Below are positions 26,104 through 35,296 of a stretch of 64,000 nt of DNA, piece by piece (positions within the stretch are counted from its first letter, which is position 1; each line of letters starts with the position of its first letter). Below the pieces are notes generated by a model that saw only the letters and a program-made list of their open reading frames with translations, did no database searches and was not told the DNA's origin. Both the position numbers and the translations under genes were made by a program. The DNA lies in NCBI GenBank assembly GCA_016784355.1, contig JADHUV010000003.1:3935-67934 (forward strand). Direction: 5' to 3'. The DNA comes from Nitrospira sp. (lineage in GTDB: Bacteria > Nitrospirota > Thermodesulfovibrionia > UBA6902).

Positions 26104-27411
26104 CTAATGAGTTACTTTCCCAATACAGTAATAATCAAAACCCATGCCTTTCATATCCACCGGCTCATATATATTGCGAAGATCAAAAAACAGGTTGCCG
26201 TTCATTACTTCTTTTATCTTTTCCAGGTCAAGACTCCTGAACTGATTCCATTCGGTGACGATAACAATGGCATCCGCACCTTTTGCGGCATCAAATGAAT
26301 CTTCACAGTAGGTGATATTCTTGTATTCCTTTTTTGCCTCTTCCATGGCAACAGGATCGAATGCCCGCACAGTTGCACCTGCCCCAGTGAGTTGTGAGAT
26401 GATGTAAGTAGAGGGTGCATCTCTCATATCATCGGTATTAGGCTTAAAGGAAAGACCCAGTATGCAGATTGTTTTACCTTTAACATCTCCCATGACATCG
26501 AGGATCTTTTTTGCGGATTTCTGTTTTTGAAATTCATTGGCCTTGACCGTAGCATCAATAATACCCATGTTGATTCCGTGGTCCTTGCCTATCTGAAGCA
26601 GGGCAAGGGTGTCTTTTGGAAAGCATGAACCGCCATAGCCTGGTCCCGCGTGCAGAAACTTCGGCCCAATCCTGCGATCCAGTCCCATTCCCTTGGCAAC
26701 TACCTGAACATTGGCCCCGACGGACTCGCACAGGGTGGCAACTTCATTGATAAAAGATATCTTTGTTGCAAGAAATGCATTTGATGCATATTTAATAAGC
26801 TCTGAGGTCCTGACGTCTGTTATTATAATAGGTGCCTCTATAAGAGACAACGGTCTGTAAAGATCCCTCATGATAGCGGTCGCCTGGTCACTTGAGGTGC
26901 CGATGACCACGCGGTTTGGCCGCATAAAGTCTTCGATGCCGGCTCCCTCGCGAAGAAATTCGGGATTGGATACAACGTCAAAACCAATATCTTCCGTAAG
27001 ATTGTCTTTTATGATCTTGCTGACCCTGTCGCCGGTGCCTACAGGAACGGTGCTCTTTGTGACAATTACCTTATAGCTTTTCATGTTGTCGGCTATCTCT
27101 TTTGCAACAGCCTCGACATACTGCAGATCAGCAGAGCCATCCTCGCCAGGGGGTGTTCCGACGGCGATGAAAATTACCAGGGCATTGTCTACAGCGGAGG
27201 CAATGTCCGAGGTGAATTTAAGCCTTCCGGCCTTTATATTGCGGGTCATCAGTTCATCGAGTCCTGGTTCGTAAAACGGTACCTTGCCGCTGTTCATGAT
27301 CTTTATCTTTGCTTCATCATTGTCTACACAGGTTACATTTATTCCAAACTCGGCAAAGCATGCACCGGTAATTAGCCCGACATATCCGCTTCCTATAACT
27401 GCAACATTCAT
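26104..27411 (-). CDS. ugd: UDP-glucose 6-dehydrogenase
   Basis: MNVAVIGSGYVGLITGACFAEFG NAD-binding N-terminus. 434 aa nucleotide-sugar dehydrogenase with catalytic Cys (GGSCFPKD). Confidence 0.9.
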   Translation of the reverse strand: MNVAVIGSGYVGLITGACFAEFGINVTCVDNDEAKIKIMNSGKVPFYEPGLDELMTRNIKAGRLKFTSDIASAVDNALVIFIAVGTPPGEDGSADLQYVEAVAKEIADNMKSYKVIVTKSTVPVGTGDRVSKIIKDNLTEDIGFDVVSNPEFLREGAGIEDFMRPNRVVIGTSSDQATAIMRDLYRPLSLIEAPIIITDVRTSELIKYASNAFLATKISFINEVATLCESVGANVQVVAKGMGLDRRIGPKFLHAGPGYGGSCFPKDTLALLQIGKDHGINMGIIDATVKANEFQKQKSAKKILDVMGDVKGKTICILGLSFKPNTDDMRDAPSTYIISQLTGAGATVRAFDPVAMEEAKKEYKNITYCEDSFDAAKGADAIVIVTEWNQFRSLDLEKIKEVMNGNLFFDLRNIYEPVDMKGMGFDYYCIGKVTH

Positions 27412-27530
27412 TTATCACCTCTCTGTTGAAAATTACTTAACTGTAAAGATTGGATTAGTGTAATAAAAAACTTTAATTGAATATTATACTATAACTATGA
27501 TGTAAAATTAAGTGGAAAAAATTAACAGGT

Positions 27531-28271
27531 TTATTTATCATCCTGCATGAGCTTGACCGTAAAGTGTCCTATTTTGACTTTACTCTTCATAAACACGGGA
27601 ATTCTTCTGTCATCATCAGTGATCCATATCAGGATCTCCCCTTTTTTAATAAAGATGCCCTCTGACTGCATAAGCGGTTTGACCACAATGGTGTCATACT
27701 CACCGGCTGGTACCCGCATTTTTTCTTTTCTTAATATCTGTACTTCGGTGTTCCAGAGTTTGTTGCTGTCGAATATATCTATGAATATAGGTTTATTCAC
27801 ATTTAGCTCTCGTCTTGTAAGGGAGTAAAAGCCGGAAAGCGCATCATAGGCCATTTTATCCAGATCATACCTGGCTTTTTCATCATTAAGGACATTGTGG
27901 TAGTTCACCCTGTAAGTGCTGACCTCTGGATTTCTCTCAAATGTGGTAATCTTGTGCCGCTGGTGTCTGCCCTGTCTTACCTTAAGCACATGACTCTTCG
28001 GGTAGCCATCCGGGTAGAGGATACTTTCGGCATTGTCATCTACCTTGTAGAACATGGCTATGACAGGAGAGGTTTCGGCATGGGTCCTGATAGCTATCCC
28101 GTCAGGGGTGCTTTCGTAACTCAAGACGGCGGTTCCAGCCCATATACCGGCCCAGTAGACATGGTAGATGAATTTCCGGCTGATCTGCTCTGAGGTCCCG
28201 GAGTAGGCCTGCGAGGGCAGCAGTCCCGCCATTATAAACAGCAGTATTGTCTTTATTATGAAACGTTGCAT
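27531..28271 (-). CDS. DUF3108-family exported protein
   Basis: Start at internal Met (MQRFIIKTILLFIMAGL signal peptide), whose ATG overlaps the waaF stop (TAATG). Confidence 0.55.
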   Translation of the reverse strand: MQRFIIKTILLFIMAGLLPSQAYSGTSEQISRKFIYHVYWAGIWAGTAVLSYESTPDGIAIRTHAETSPVIAMFYKVDDNAESILYPDGYPKSHVLKVRQGRHQRHKITTFERNPEVSTYRVNYHNVLNDEKARYDLDKMAYDALSGFYSLTRRELNVNKPIFIDIFDSNKLWNTEVQILRKEKMRVPAGEYDTIVVKPLMQSEGIFIKKGEILIWITDDDRRIPVFMKSKVKIGHFTVKLMQDDK

Positions 28272-29281
28272 TACAATATCTCCTTCAGAGATTTTAAAAC
28301 AGAAACAGGTGAAATGTTTTTCATGCATGCCAGATCTTTTTTGCATCTTCTTTTAAGGCAGGGGCTGCAGCTGATTTCTGAACGCATTACCCTTATCAGT
28401 CCGTTGGTCTGCCAGCCGTACGGGCCGGTTTTTTCCGGGTCTGTCGGACCGAACAGGGCTACCAGAGGGACCTTCAATGCCGCTGCTATATGCATTGGAC
28501 CTGAGTCATTACAGACAACAGCATCGGCTCCCTGGATCAGAGCAGCCAGCTCTGCAAGATTAGTCTTGCCGCATAAATTTATAATATTCTTATTTACAGA
28601 GAGTGAGATCAGCTCGTCTGCAAGTTTAAGATCTCCCCGGCTTCCAGCGATTACGCAGGGCTGTTTAATCTGCGAGGCAAGAGAGGCAAAATGTGCAACA
28701 GGCCATTTTTTGGTTTCCCATCTGGCCGAAGGAGCTAACAGGATATAATCAGCGTTCTGCTTCAGCATCTCACGAACCCTGATAAGTGCTTCAGGTGTAA
28801 CGTGAAGCGGGAATTGCACTGCTATTGCATCTGAGCCCATAGCACGGGCAATATCAAGACACCTGTCAACTGCATGCACTGAACCTTCAGTGGTTACCTT
28901 TTTACTGTAAAAGAATCGGCTGCCCTCTCTGGCTTTTGCAAATCCTATTTTCGATTTAGCGCTGGTAAAAAATGTAATAAGACCGCTGCGCAAAAGCCCC
29001 TGCAGGTCTACCACTGCATCATATTTTTTCAATTTCAGTCTTTTCTTCAGGGCAACTATTTCAGAGACTGTACCCGGCAGGTTAGACACCTTTGTCCAGG
29101 CGTCTTTATCAAAAATAACAAGTTCATTGATAAGCGGATTGTCTTGAAGTATTCCCTTGAGATTTCTGCTGACTACCCAGTCAATCATGGAGTCCGGGTA
29201 AGTCGTTTTCAGTGCATTGAGAAAGGGAAGGGCATGGATTATATCTCCGAGGGAGCTTGGCTTAATAATGAGAATATTCAT
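28271..29281 (-). CDS. ADP-heptose:LPS heptosyltransferase (glycosyltransferase family 9), WaaF/WaaC-like
   Basis: MNILIIKPSSLGDIIHALP N-terminus typical of GT9; ~336 aa. Start chosen by homology (alternative GTG at 29314). Confidence 0.8.
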   Translation of the reverse strand: MNILIIKPSSLGDIIHALPFLNALKTTYPDSMIDWVVSRNLKGILQDNPLINELVIFDKDAWTKVSNLPGTVSEIVALKKRLKLKKYDAVVDLQGLLRSGLITFFTSAKSKIGFAKAREGSRFFYSKKVTTEGSVHAVDRCLDIARAMGSDAIAVQFPLHVTPEALIRVREMLKQNADYILLAPSARWETKKWPVAHFASLASQIKQPCVIAGSRGDLKLADELISLSVNKNIINLCGKTNLAELAALIQGADAVVCNDSGPMHIAAALKVPLVALFGPTDPEKTGPYGWQTNGLIRVMRSEISCSPCLKRRCKKDLACMKNISPVSVLKSLKEIL

Positions 29282-29314
29282 TGGCGAATGGTGATATTTG
29301 CTATAACCCGGCAC

Positions 29315-29824
29315 CTATTGCTGTGTCAAGATCCAGTCAGCGGCATGAGTAATATCTGTCGTTATAAATGATGCTGCCGTCTGGTTTGTATCCGTATCTG
29401 CGGAGATCAGTACCCCTTTTGCATCGATAGCGACCGCCAGCAGTATATCTGATTCACTGTCACCTATAACAAAGGATGCGTTTAGGTCAAGGTTGTGTTT
29501 TGAGGCTGCCGTGAAGGCAAGTTCTGCAGCAGGCTTTCTGCATCTGCAGCCCTCATCCGGGTGGTGTGGACAGTAATAGAAGTCATCAAGTCCGAGTTCA
29601 GACAGCAGGTATTGATTGGATTTAAGAACGAAGTCTTCATCTACAATACCTCTGGCAATGCCCGACTGGTTTGTGATTCCGATCAGTTTGAAGCCGGCAT
29701 TCCTCAACCAGTCCAGACCTTCTCTGACGCCGGGCAGGATTTCAAGTTTTTCAAAGCTGTTCAGGTAATGCATATTCCTGATAAGCGTGCCGTCTTTGTC
29801 TAAAAATATAGCTTTGTTACTCAG
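29315..29824 (-). CDS. gmhB: D-glycero-D-manno-heptose 1,7-bisphosphate phosphatase (HAD family) with probable non-canonical CTG start
   Basis: Clear GmhB similarity (AIFLDKDGTL, ITNQSGIARG, YYCPHHP, CRCRKP). The DxDGT catalytic motif lies upstream of the first ATG (29773). Only K-L-S-N-K separates it from the in-frame TAA of the upstream gene. CTG at 29824 with AAGGAAA 7-8 nt upstream. Confidence 0.7.
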   Translation of the reverse strand: MSNKAIFLDKDGTLIRNMHYLNSFEKLEILPGVREGLDWLRNAGFKLIGITNQSGIARGIVDEDFVLKSNQYLLSELGLDDFYYCPHHPDEGCRCRKPAAELAFTAASKHNLDLNASFVIGDSESDILLAVAIDAKGVLISADTDTNQTAASFITTDITHAADWILTQQ

Positions 29825-29827
29825 TTT

Positions 29828-32269
29828 TTATTTCCTTTTTTTTGCAGCAGCAGTTTTCTTTTTTGCGGCACTCTTGTGTGCCGGTTTGCCTTCTTCCTTC
29901 AGTGCTCTGGAAAGTGTCTGAAGCTGTTCGACAATCAGATAGTTTAAGGTCCCTTTGGGATATTTACCGTTAGGTTTCATTTGCCCTGCCTGCATACCCA
30001 TGAGTATCTCGATGGCGTCCTCAACATTGTCAATGCAGTAAATATTGAACTTGCCGTCAATTACCGCATCTACCACCTCTTTTTTAAGCATGAGGTTCAT
30101 GATATTACGACTTGGTATTATGGCTCCCTGCTCTCCATTGAGGCCCTGCATTTTGCATACCTCAAAAAAACCTTCTATCTTTTCGTTTACCCCGCCGATA
30201 GGCTGAACCTCTCCGTGCTGGTTCATGGATCCGGTTATGGCGAAACACTGTTTAATCGGTACGCTGCTTATGCTGCTGAGTAGCGCATAGACCTCGGCAC
30301 AGGTAGCGCTATCGCCTTCAATCCCTCCGTAAAGCTGTTCAAATACGAGCGAGGCGGTAAGGCTCATTGGTCTTTGGGTTGCGTATTTTGAGCCAAGGTA
30401 TGCAGTCAGTATCAGTATGGCCTTCTCGTGTATCCTTCCGCTCATCTTGGTTTCGCGTTCAATATTGACTATGCCTGCACGTCCTGCATAGGTCTTTGCC
30501 GTGATACGTGTAGGCATGCCGAAGCGGTAATCCCCCAGATCCAGCACTGAAAGTGCATTGATTTGACCAGCCACTGCGCCGTCAGTATCAATTAAAATGG
30601 ATCCTTCTTCTGTAGCTTCCAGGATTTTCTTTTCAACCTTATTGCATCTGTATACCCGTTCTTCCAGTGCCTTGTCCAAATCAGCCGCTGTAACTGTTTT
30701 CCGTTTAGCAGCTTTTGCCCAGTAATCAGCTTCCCTGAGTATGTCCGCTATATCGCTGAACTTGGCAGAGAGTTTCTGCTGATGGTCGGCAAGACGTGAT
30801 CCATACTCGATAACCTTTGCAACCGCTGCCATATCAAGGGGCATCAGGTTTATTTCATCGCACTTGGTCTTTATGAAACTTGCATACTTTGAGATATTTT
30901 CAACGTCGCGCACCATGCGGTATTCATAGTCTGCCTTTACCTTAAACAGTTCACGGTATTCATCATCAAGGCTGTAAAGCATATAATAAAGACGGGGGTT
31001 TCCGACCAGTATGATCTTTACATTAAACGGTATTGCCTCCGGTTTAAGAGATACTGTCGTCATCAGGCGATACTGCTCCCAGACATCTTCGATCTTTACT
31101 TCTTTATCCTTGATCGCCCTTTTCAGGGAGTCATAAGAAAAAATGTTTTTCAGCAGCTCCATCGCATCTATGACCAGATAGCCGCCCGTGGCATCTTGAA
31201 GAGAGCCTGCTTTTATCATCGTGAAATCGGTTGTTGCCACCCCGTATTGAAGCTTGTGCTCTACGCGGCCGAATAGGTTGTAGTATGTAGGATTGCTCTC
31301 TATAACGACCGGCGCACCTTTGCGCTCCCCGTTATTTATAAATAAATTGACCTCATATTTTGTGTAAGTGGGCTCGGCCTTCTGGGGCTTTGCAAACGGC
31401 ATTGCAGGGGCCTTGTCTTCCTGTGTTTGAAAGTCTGTAAGGTTTTCCAGTATGTCTTTTCTTACCTCATCCAGATATGCAGTGACCGTTTTGTTTTTTT
31501 TATACTTTTCTTTCAGCTCATCTATTCTGTGACCCACAGAGGACATGGCTGCCTGCTGTTCGAGCTTGACCATCATGTCTTTTATGTTTTTTTCATCTTC
31601 CCGGACCAGCCTTATTATATCGTCGAGTTTGTCCTGCAGGGACCTGCCTATCGATTCGACTTTTTTCTTGATACTTTCTTCAAGATTTTCATACTCTTCT
31701 TCACTCAGGGTTTCGCCGGTTTTCTTGACGGGAACCAGTATGAGTCCGCTTACTGTCTTGCGCAGAGTAAAGTCTCTGGCCTTGGCCTCTGCTTCAAGCT
31801 CGGAGAAATAATCTTTTTGCTTTTCCTGAAATTTCTCCAGTATAGCGGTCTTCTGCTTTTCATATTCCTTGGATTCAAAGGCCTTTGGTATCTCAAGTTT
31901 AAGAGCGGTCACAAGTTCTGCCAGATCTTTCTGGAAAGAAAGTCCCAGCCCCGGCTTGAGTTTTATAAGTTTTGGGATGTCCTGGTTTTTGAAGTTGTAT
32001 ACATAACAGCAGTCATCGGGAACCGGTTCCTTCGCTGCCTTTTCATCCAGTATTCTTTTGATAGTTGTTAATTTACCCGTGCCGCCTTCACCCAGAATAT
32101 AAATATTGAAGCCATGACTATCAATGCCGAGACCGAAGTCCAATGCCCTGAGTGCCCGTTCCTGACCAATTGTTTCTTTTAATGCAGGGATATCGTCCGT
32201 TGACTTAAACGGCAGTTCAGCATGGTCACAGCAGGAGTATAGCTTTTCTTTTTCAACCTTCCTTAACAT
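29828..32269 (-). CDS. Lon-like protease, LonC/LonB-type (COG1067-like): degenerate AAA+ module with long coiled-coil insertion + C-terminal Lon Ser-Lys protease domain
   Basis: 813 aa. Walker A GEGGTGKL (no Thr/Ser after Lys). ~300-aa Glu/Lys-rich helical insert. Walker B-like LVIDAM. Protease motif GDSATCA with a downstream GGVNEK lysine. Confidence 0.75.
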   Translation of the reverse strand: MLRKVEKEKLYSCCDHAELPFKSTDDIPALKETIGQERALRALDFGLGIDSHGFNIYILGEGGTGKLTTIKRILDEKAAKEPVPDDCCYVYNFKNQDIPKLIKLKPGLGLSFQKDLAELVTALKLEIPKAFESKEYEKQKTAILEKFQEKQKDYFSELEAEAKARDFTLRKTVSGLILVPVKKTGETLSEEEYENLEESIKKKVESIGRSLQDKLDDIIRLVREDEKNIKDMMVKLEQQAAMSSVGHRIDELKEKYKKNKTVTAYLDEVRKDILENLTDFQTQEDKAPAMPFAKPQKAEPTYTKYEVNLFINNGERKGAPVVIESNPTYYNLFGRVEHKLQYGVATTDFTMIKAGSLQDATGGYLVIDAMELLKNIFSYDSLKRAIKDKEVKIEDVWEQYRLMTTVSLKPEAIPFNVKIILVGNPRLYYMLYSLDDEYRELFKVKADYEYRMVRDVENISKYASFIKTKCDEINLMPLDMAAVAKVIEYGSRLADHQQKLSAKFSDIADILREADYWAKAAKRKTVTAADLDKALEERVYRCNKVEKKILEATEEGSILIDTDGAVAGQINALSVLDLGDYRFGMPTRITAKTYAGRAGIVNIERETKMSGRIHEKAILILTAYLGSKYATQRPMSLTASLVFEQLYGGIEGDSATCAEVYALLSSISSVPIKQCFAITGSMNQHGEVQPIGGVNEKIEGFFEVCKMQGLNGEQGAIIPSRNIMNLMLKKEVVDAVIDGKFNIYCIDNVEDAIEILMGMQAGQMKPNGKYPKGTLNYLIVEQLQTLSRALKEEGKPAHKSAAKKKTAAAKKRK

Positions 32270-32363
32270 GGTATTTCCTCCCTTAAAGTGAATCTAAAGT
32301 ATAGCATAGCATGACATTTATCAGCATTAGGAGTGTGTTAGCCGCATGAGTTCGTTTTGTACT

Positions 32364-33251
32364 CTAGCCGCGGGGGTGGTGCTGTTTGTGCAGTTTTTTC
32401 AGCCTTTCCGGTGTTACGGTTGTGTATATCTGTGTGGTGGAGATGTCTGAGTGGCCCAGCATCTTTTGAAGCGCGCGCAGATCCGCTCCTCCGTCAAGAA
32501 GGTGGCTTGCAAAACAGTGACGGAGCGTATGAGGAGAAACTTTAACAGAGAGGCCATAAGAGTATTTTTTTATAAGCTGCCAGAGTCTTTGCCTGGTCAT
32601 CGGTTTTCCGCCTTTAGCGAGAAATAAATATGGACTGGTTCTTTTCCCGAGCATCTTCGGTCTGGAATTTTCAATGTAACTGCTCAGGGTAGAAAGCGTA
32701 TATTCATTTATAGGCACCACTCGCTCTTTAGACCCCTTGCCCATGACCGTTAAAAACCCCGCTTCAAAATTAATATCCCCGGTTTTTACGAATATTACTT
32801 CACTGGCCCGTAATCCGGAAGAATACATAAGTTCTAAAATAGCCCTGTCGCGAAAGGCCATAGGGCTGCCAGTCGGCCTGCTTAGCATCTCGGCCATTTC
32901 CTCAATTCCAAGTATCCTGGGTACTCTCTTCCAACCCTTTGGAGTGCTGAGGTTCTCTACCGGATCATCGTCGATGATACCCTCAATCAGCATGAATTTG
33001 GCGAGCCCCCTTATAGTGGCTATGTTGCGGGCCAGAGTGGAGGCTTGATTACCGGCATCACGCAGGTCGGTAAGAAAAAGGGTAATGTCATGTCTGGAAA
33101 ATTCAGATAACTGTCTGTTTGATTCATGCAGAAAATTCTTGAATTTTTTCAGGTCGTTTCGGTAGGCCTCGACGGTATTGGCAGAAACCCCTTTTTCAAC
33201 CGTTATATAGCTGAGAAATCTTTCTGTCAGGTCGATCATCCCATTCAGCAT
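32364..33251 (-). CDS. Tyrosine site-specific recombinase, XerC/XerD family
   Basis: 295 aa. R...HxxR...Y catalytic signature (HTLRHCFASHLL ... TQIYTTV). Confidence 0.85.
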   Translation of the reverse strand: MLNGMIDLTERFLSYITVEKGVSANTVEAYRNDLKKFKNFLHESNRQLSEFSRHDITLFLTDLRDAGNQASTLARNIATIRGLAKFMLIEGIIDDDPVENLSTPKGWKRVPRILGIEEMAEMLSRPTGSPMAFRDRAILELMYSSGLRASEVIFVKTGDINFEAGFLTVMGKGSKERVVPINEYTLSTLSSYIENSRPKMLGKRTSPYLFLAKGGKPMTRQRLWQLIKKYSYGLSVKVSPHTLRHCFASHLLDGGADLRALQKMLGHSDISTTQIYTTVTPERLKKLHKQHHPRG

Positions 33252-33426
33252 ACCTCATGCCTTATTTGATATTCAAGGAATTAGGCGAGCTGCCGTAACT
33301 CGGTTCAACTATTATAAGAGTGATATGATGCAACTTTCCTAATCCTGCTTTCAAGAGTATCTGATCCCATAAATTGTGTATCTCACATCATGTAACCACA
33401 AAATGTGCATGTTCCATCTTTTCTTC

Positions 33427-33455
33427 TTGACAACTTTTCCTTATATCCCTATACT
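33427..33455 (+). promoter_or_regulatory. Near-consensus sigma-70 promoter TTGACA-N17-TATACT upstream of mraZ (Pmra)
   Basis: Seen in sequence ~40 nt upstream of the mraZ ATG. Confidence 0.5.
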
Positions 33456-33462
33456 CATATTT

Positions 33463-33488
33463 GTGGAATAAAGTGGTATAAAGTGGAG
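33463..33488 (+). promoter_or_regulatory. Three direct GTGG repeats with exact 10-bp periodicity (candidate MraZ operator)
   Basis: GTGGAATAAA-GTGGTATAAA-GTGGAGG between the -10 element and the mraZ start. Confidence 0.4.
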
Positions 33489-33493
33489 GAGAG

Positions 33494-33946
33494 ATGCCTG
33501 GTTTTTCAGGAAAGCACTACAATGCTTTAGATTCAAAAGGAAGGCTGATAGTACCTGCCCCCTTCCGCGAAGTTCTTTCTTCTATTCATTCGTCCAAATT
33601 AATTGTAACAAATGATGTGTTTGATAGATGCCTCTGCGCATATCCTGCGGAGGACTGGCAGAAGCTTCTTGACAAGGTTTCTCAGATGCCGCAGACCGAT
33701 GATGCGGTTAAGTTTTTTATGAGACGTGTAATAGGATCTGCGGTTCAATGTGAGATTGATAAACAGGGCAGGGTGCTGGTTTCATCGGCCCTGAGAATAG
33801 ATGCCGGGCTTAATAGTGAGGTCGTCCTGCTGGGACTTGGCAGCAAGATTGAGATCTGGAGTAAAGGGGAGTTTGAGGGTGTTGCAGATCCTTCGAAGGT
33901 TGATAAAGAGGCATTTAAGACGAAGTTTGCAGCGCTCGGGCTCTAA
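33494..33946 (+). CDS. mraZ: Transcriptional regulator MraZ
   Basis: 150 aa, duplicated MraZ/SpoVT-AbrB fold, first gene of the dcw cluster. GGAGGA SD. Confidence 0.9.
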   Translation: MPGFSGKHYNALDSKGRLIVPAPFREVLSSIHSSKLIVTNDVFDRCLCAYPAEDWQKLLDKVSQMPQTDDAVKFFMRRVIGSAVQCEIDKQGRVLVSSALRIDAGLNSEVVLLGLGSKIEIWSKGEFEGVADPSKVDKEAFKTKFAALGL

Positions 33947-33988
33947 ATTTGGCTTAGTCAGCAGGCATTCTTCAGGACAATTAGTTTA

Positions 33989-34864
33989 GTGGATATAATT
34001 CATGTTCCCGTTATGGCGGGTGAAATAATGGAGGCTCTTAACTTGAAAAGTTCCGGTGTATATGTGGATGCCACTTTAGGCCTGGGAGGTCATTCAGAGA
34101 TGATCCTTCAGGGTGCAGCGGGTTGTACATTGATCGGAATTGACAGGGATGATGAGGCACTTGAGAGTTCAGCAAGGCGTCTGGAGCATTATGAAAACGT
34201 TCATCTGGTTAAAGGCCGGTTTTCCGGTGTAAGGGAACTGGTAAACGGTATAGGCTACGAAAGGGTGGATGGAATTGTTATGGATATTGGTGTATCTACC
34301 CTGCATTTGAAGTCTGAGGAAAGAGGGTTCAGCTTTAAAAGTGATGCCCCGCTGGATATGAGAATGGACAGAACTCAGGAGCTTACGGCCGCAGATATTG
34401 TCAACAGATATCCTGAAAAAGAGCTTGCAGACATTATATTTAATTATGGTGAGGAACGGTTCAGCCGTCGAATCGCAAGGGCAATAGTGTACTCCAGAAA
34501 GAAGTGTCAGATCAGATACTGCAGCGAACTTTCAGACATCATATATAAGTCCATAAAAAACAGGGGGAAGATTCATCCTGCAACCAGAACATTTCAGGCC
34601 CTCAGGATTGAGGTGAACAGGGAATTGGAGGAGCTTTCTTCCGCTATTGAGTCTGGTGCAGCGATTCTCGCCCCTGATGCAAGGCTCTGCATACTTTCCT
34701 ATCATTCGCTTGAGGATCGGATTGTCAAAAATGCTTTTCGTAAACTCGCGGCTGAGGGTGTATTTAGAATTATTACTAAAAAACCAATGGTACCGGAGCG
34801 GGATGAACAAAGATCAAATCCCTCCTCCAGGAGCGCTAAACTAAGAATAGGTGAAAAGATATGA
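33989..34864 (+). CDS. rsmH: 16S rRNA (cytosine1402-N4)-methyltransferase
   Basis: SAM-binding motif and position in the dcw cluster; GTG start. Confidence 0.9.
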   Translation: MDIIHVPVMAGEIMEALNLKSSGVYVDATLGLGGHSEMILQGAAGCTLIGIDRDDEALESSARRLEHYENVHLVKGRFSGVRELVNGIGYERVDGIVMDIGVSTLHLKSEERGFSFKSDAPLDMRMDRTQELTAADIVNRYPEKELADIIFNYGEERFSRRIARAIVYSRKKCQIRYCSELSDIIYKSIKNRGKIHPATRTFQALRIEVNRELEELSSAIESGAAILAPDARLCILSYHSLEDRIVKNAFRKLAAEGVFRIITKKPMVPERDEQRSNPSSRSAKLRIGEKI

Positions 34865-35193
34865 CCGGAAGGCGAACCAGAAAAAGTAAAAGAGGAGCAG
34901 CGCTGGCAAAATTCACCTTTGCAGTCTATCTGGGTTTCTGCCTGTTTGCGGTAGTATGGCTGCGCTCAGAGGTGATTAATCTGGAGTATGAGATAGGTCA
35001 TCTTAATAAATTTCAAGCTGAATTAAAGAGAGAGAGTCAGTTTGTAATGGCTGAGAGGTCAAAGTTTTACTCAACAGAAAAAATTGAAAAGGTTGCTATG
35101 ATGCGGCTTGGCATGAGCATGCCTCAGAGGGAAAAGGTTTACTTTGTTAAAAATAACAATACTGCAACTGCCTACAGGGCCTCTTTGCGGTAA
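34861..35193 (+). CDS. ftsL: Cell division protein FtsL
   Basis: 110 aa, single TM + coiled coil, between rsmH and ftsI. ATGA overlap with rsmH. Confidence 0.7.
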   Translation: MTGRRTRKSKRGAALAKFTFAVYLGFCLFAVVWLRSEVINLEYEIGHLNKFQAELKRESQFVMAERSKFYSTEKIEKVAMMRLGMSMPQREKVYFVKNNNTATAYRASLR

Positions 35194-35296
35194 CTGGAAA
35201 ATTTAAGGAGTCGAAATGGAAACAATTATATCTCTCTGGGACGAGTAAACATACCTGACCGGTCGGCATAAACTGCCCGGGTTCGTAAGGAGCAGC

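Noticed and set aside
31427-32071. 214-aa plus-strand ORF inside the Lon-like gene, plus similar antisense ORFs inside acs (8129..8650), the sigma-54 regulator (17180..17644), murC (45133..45693), murB (46688..47170) and others
   Set aside because: They are embedded antisense within well-supported genes. Their composition is low-complexity (Phe/Leu/Ser-rich) and they have no translation signals.
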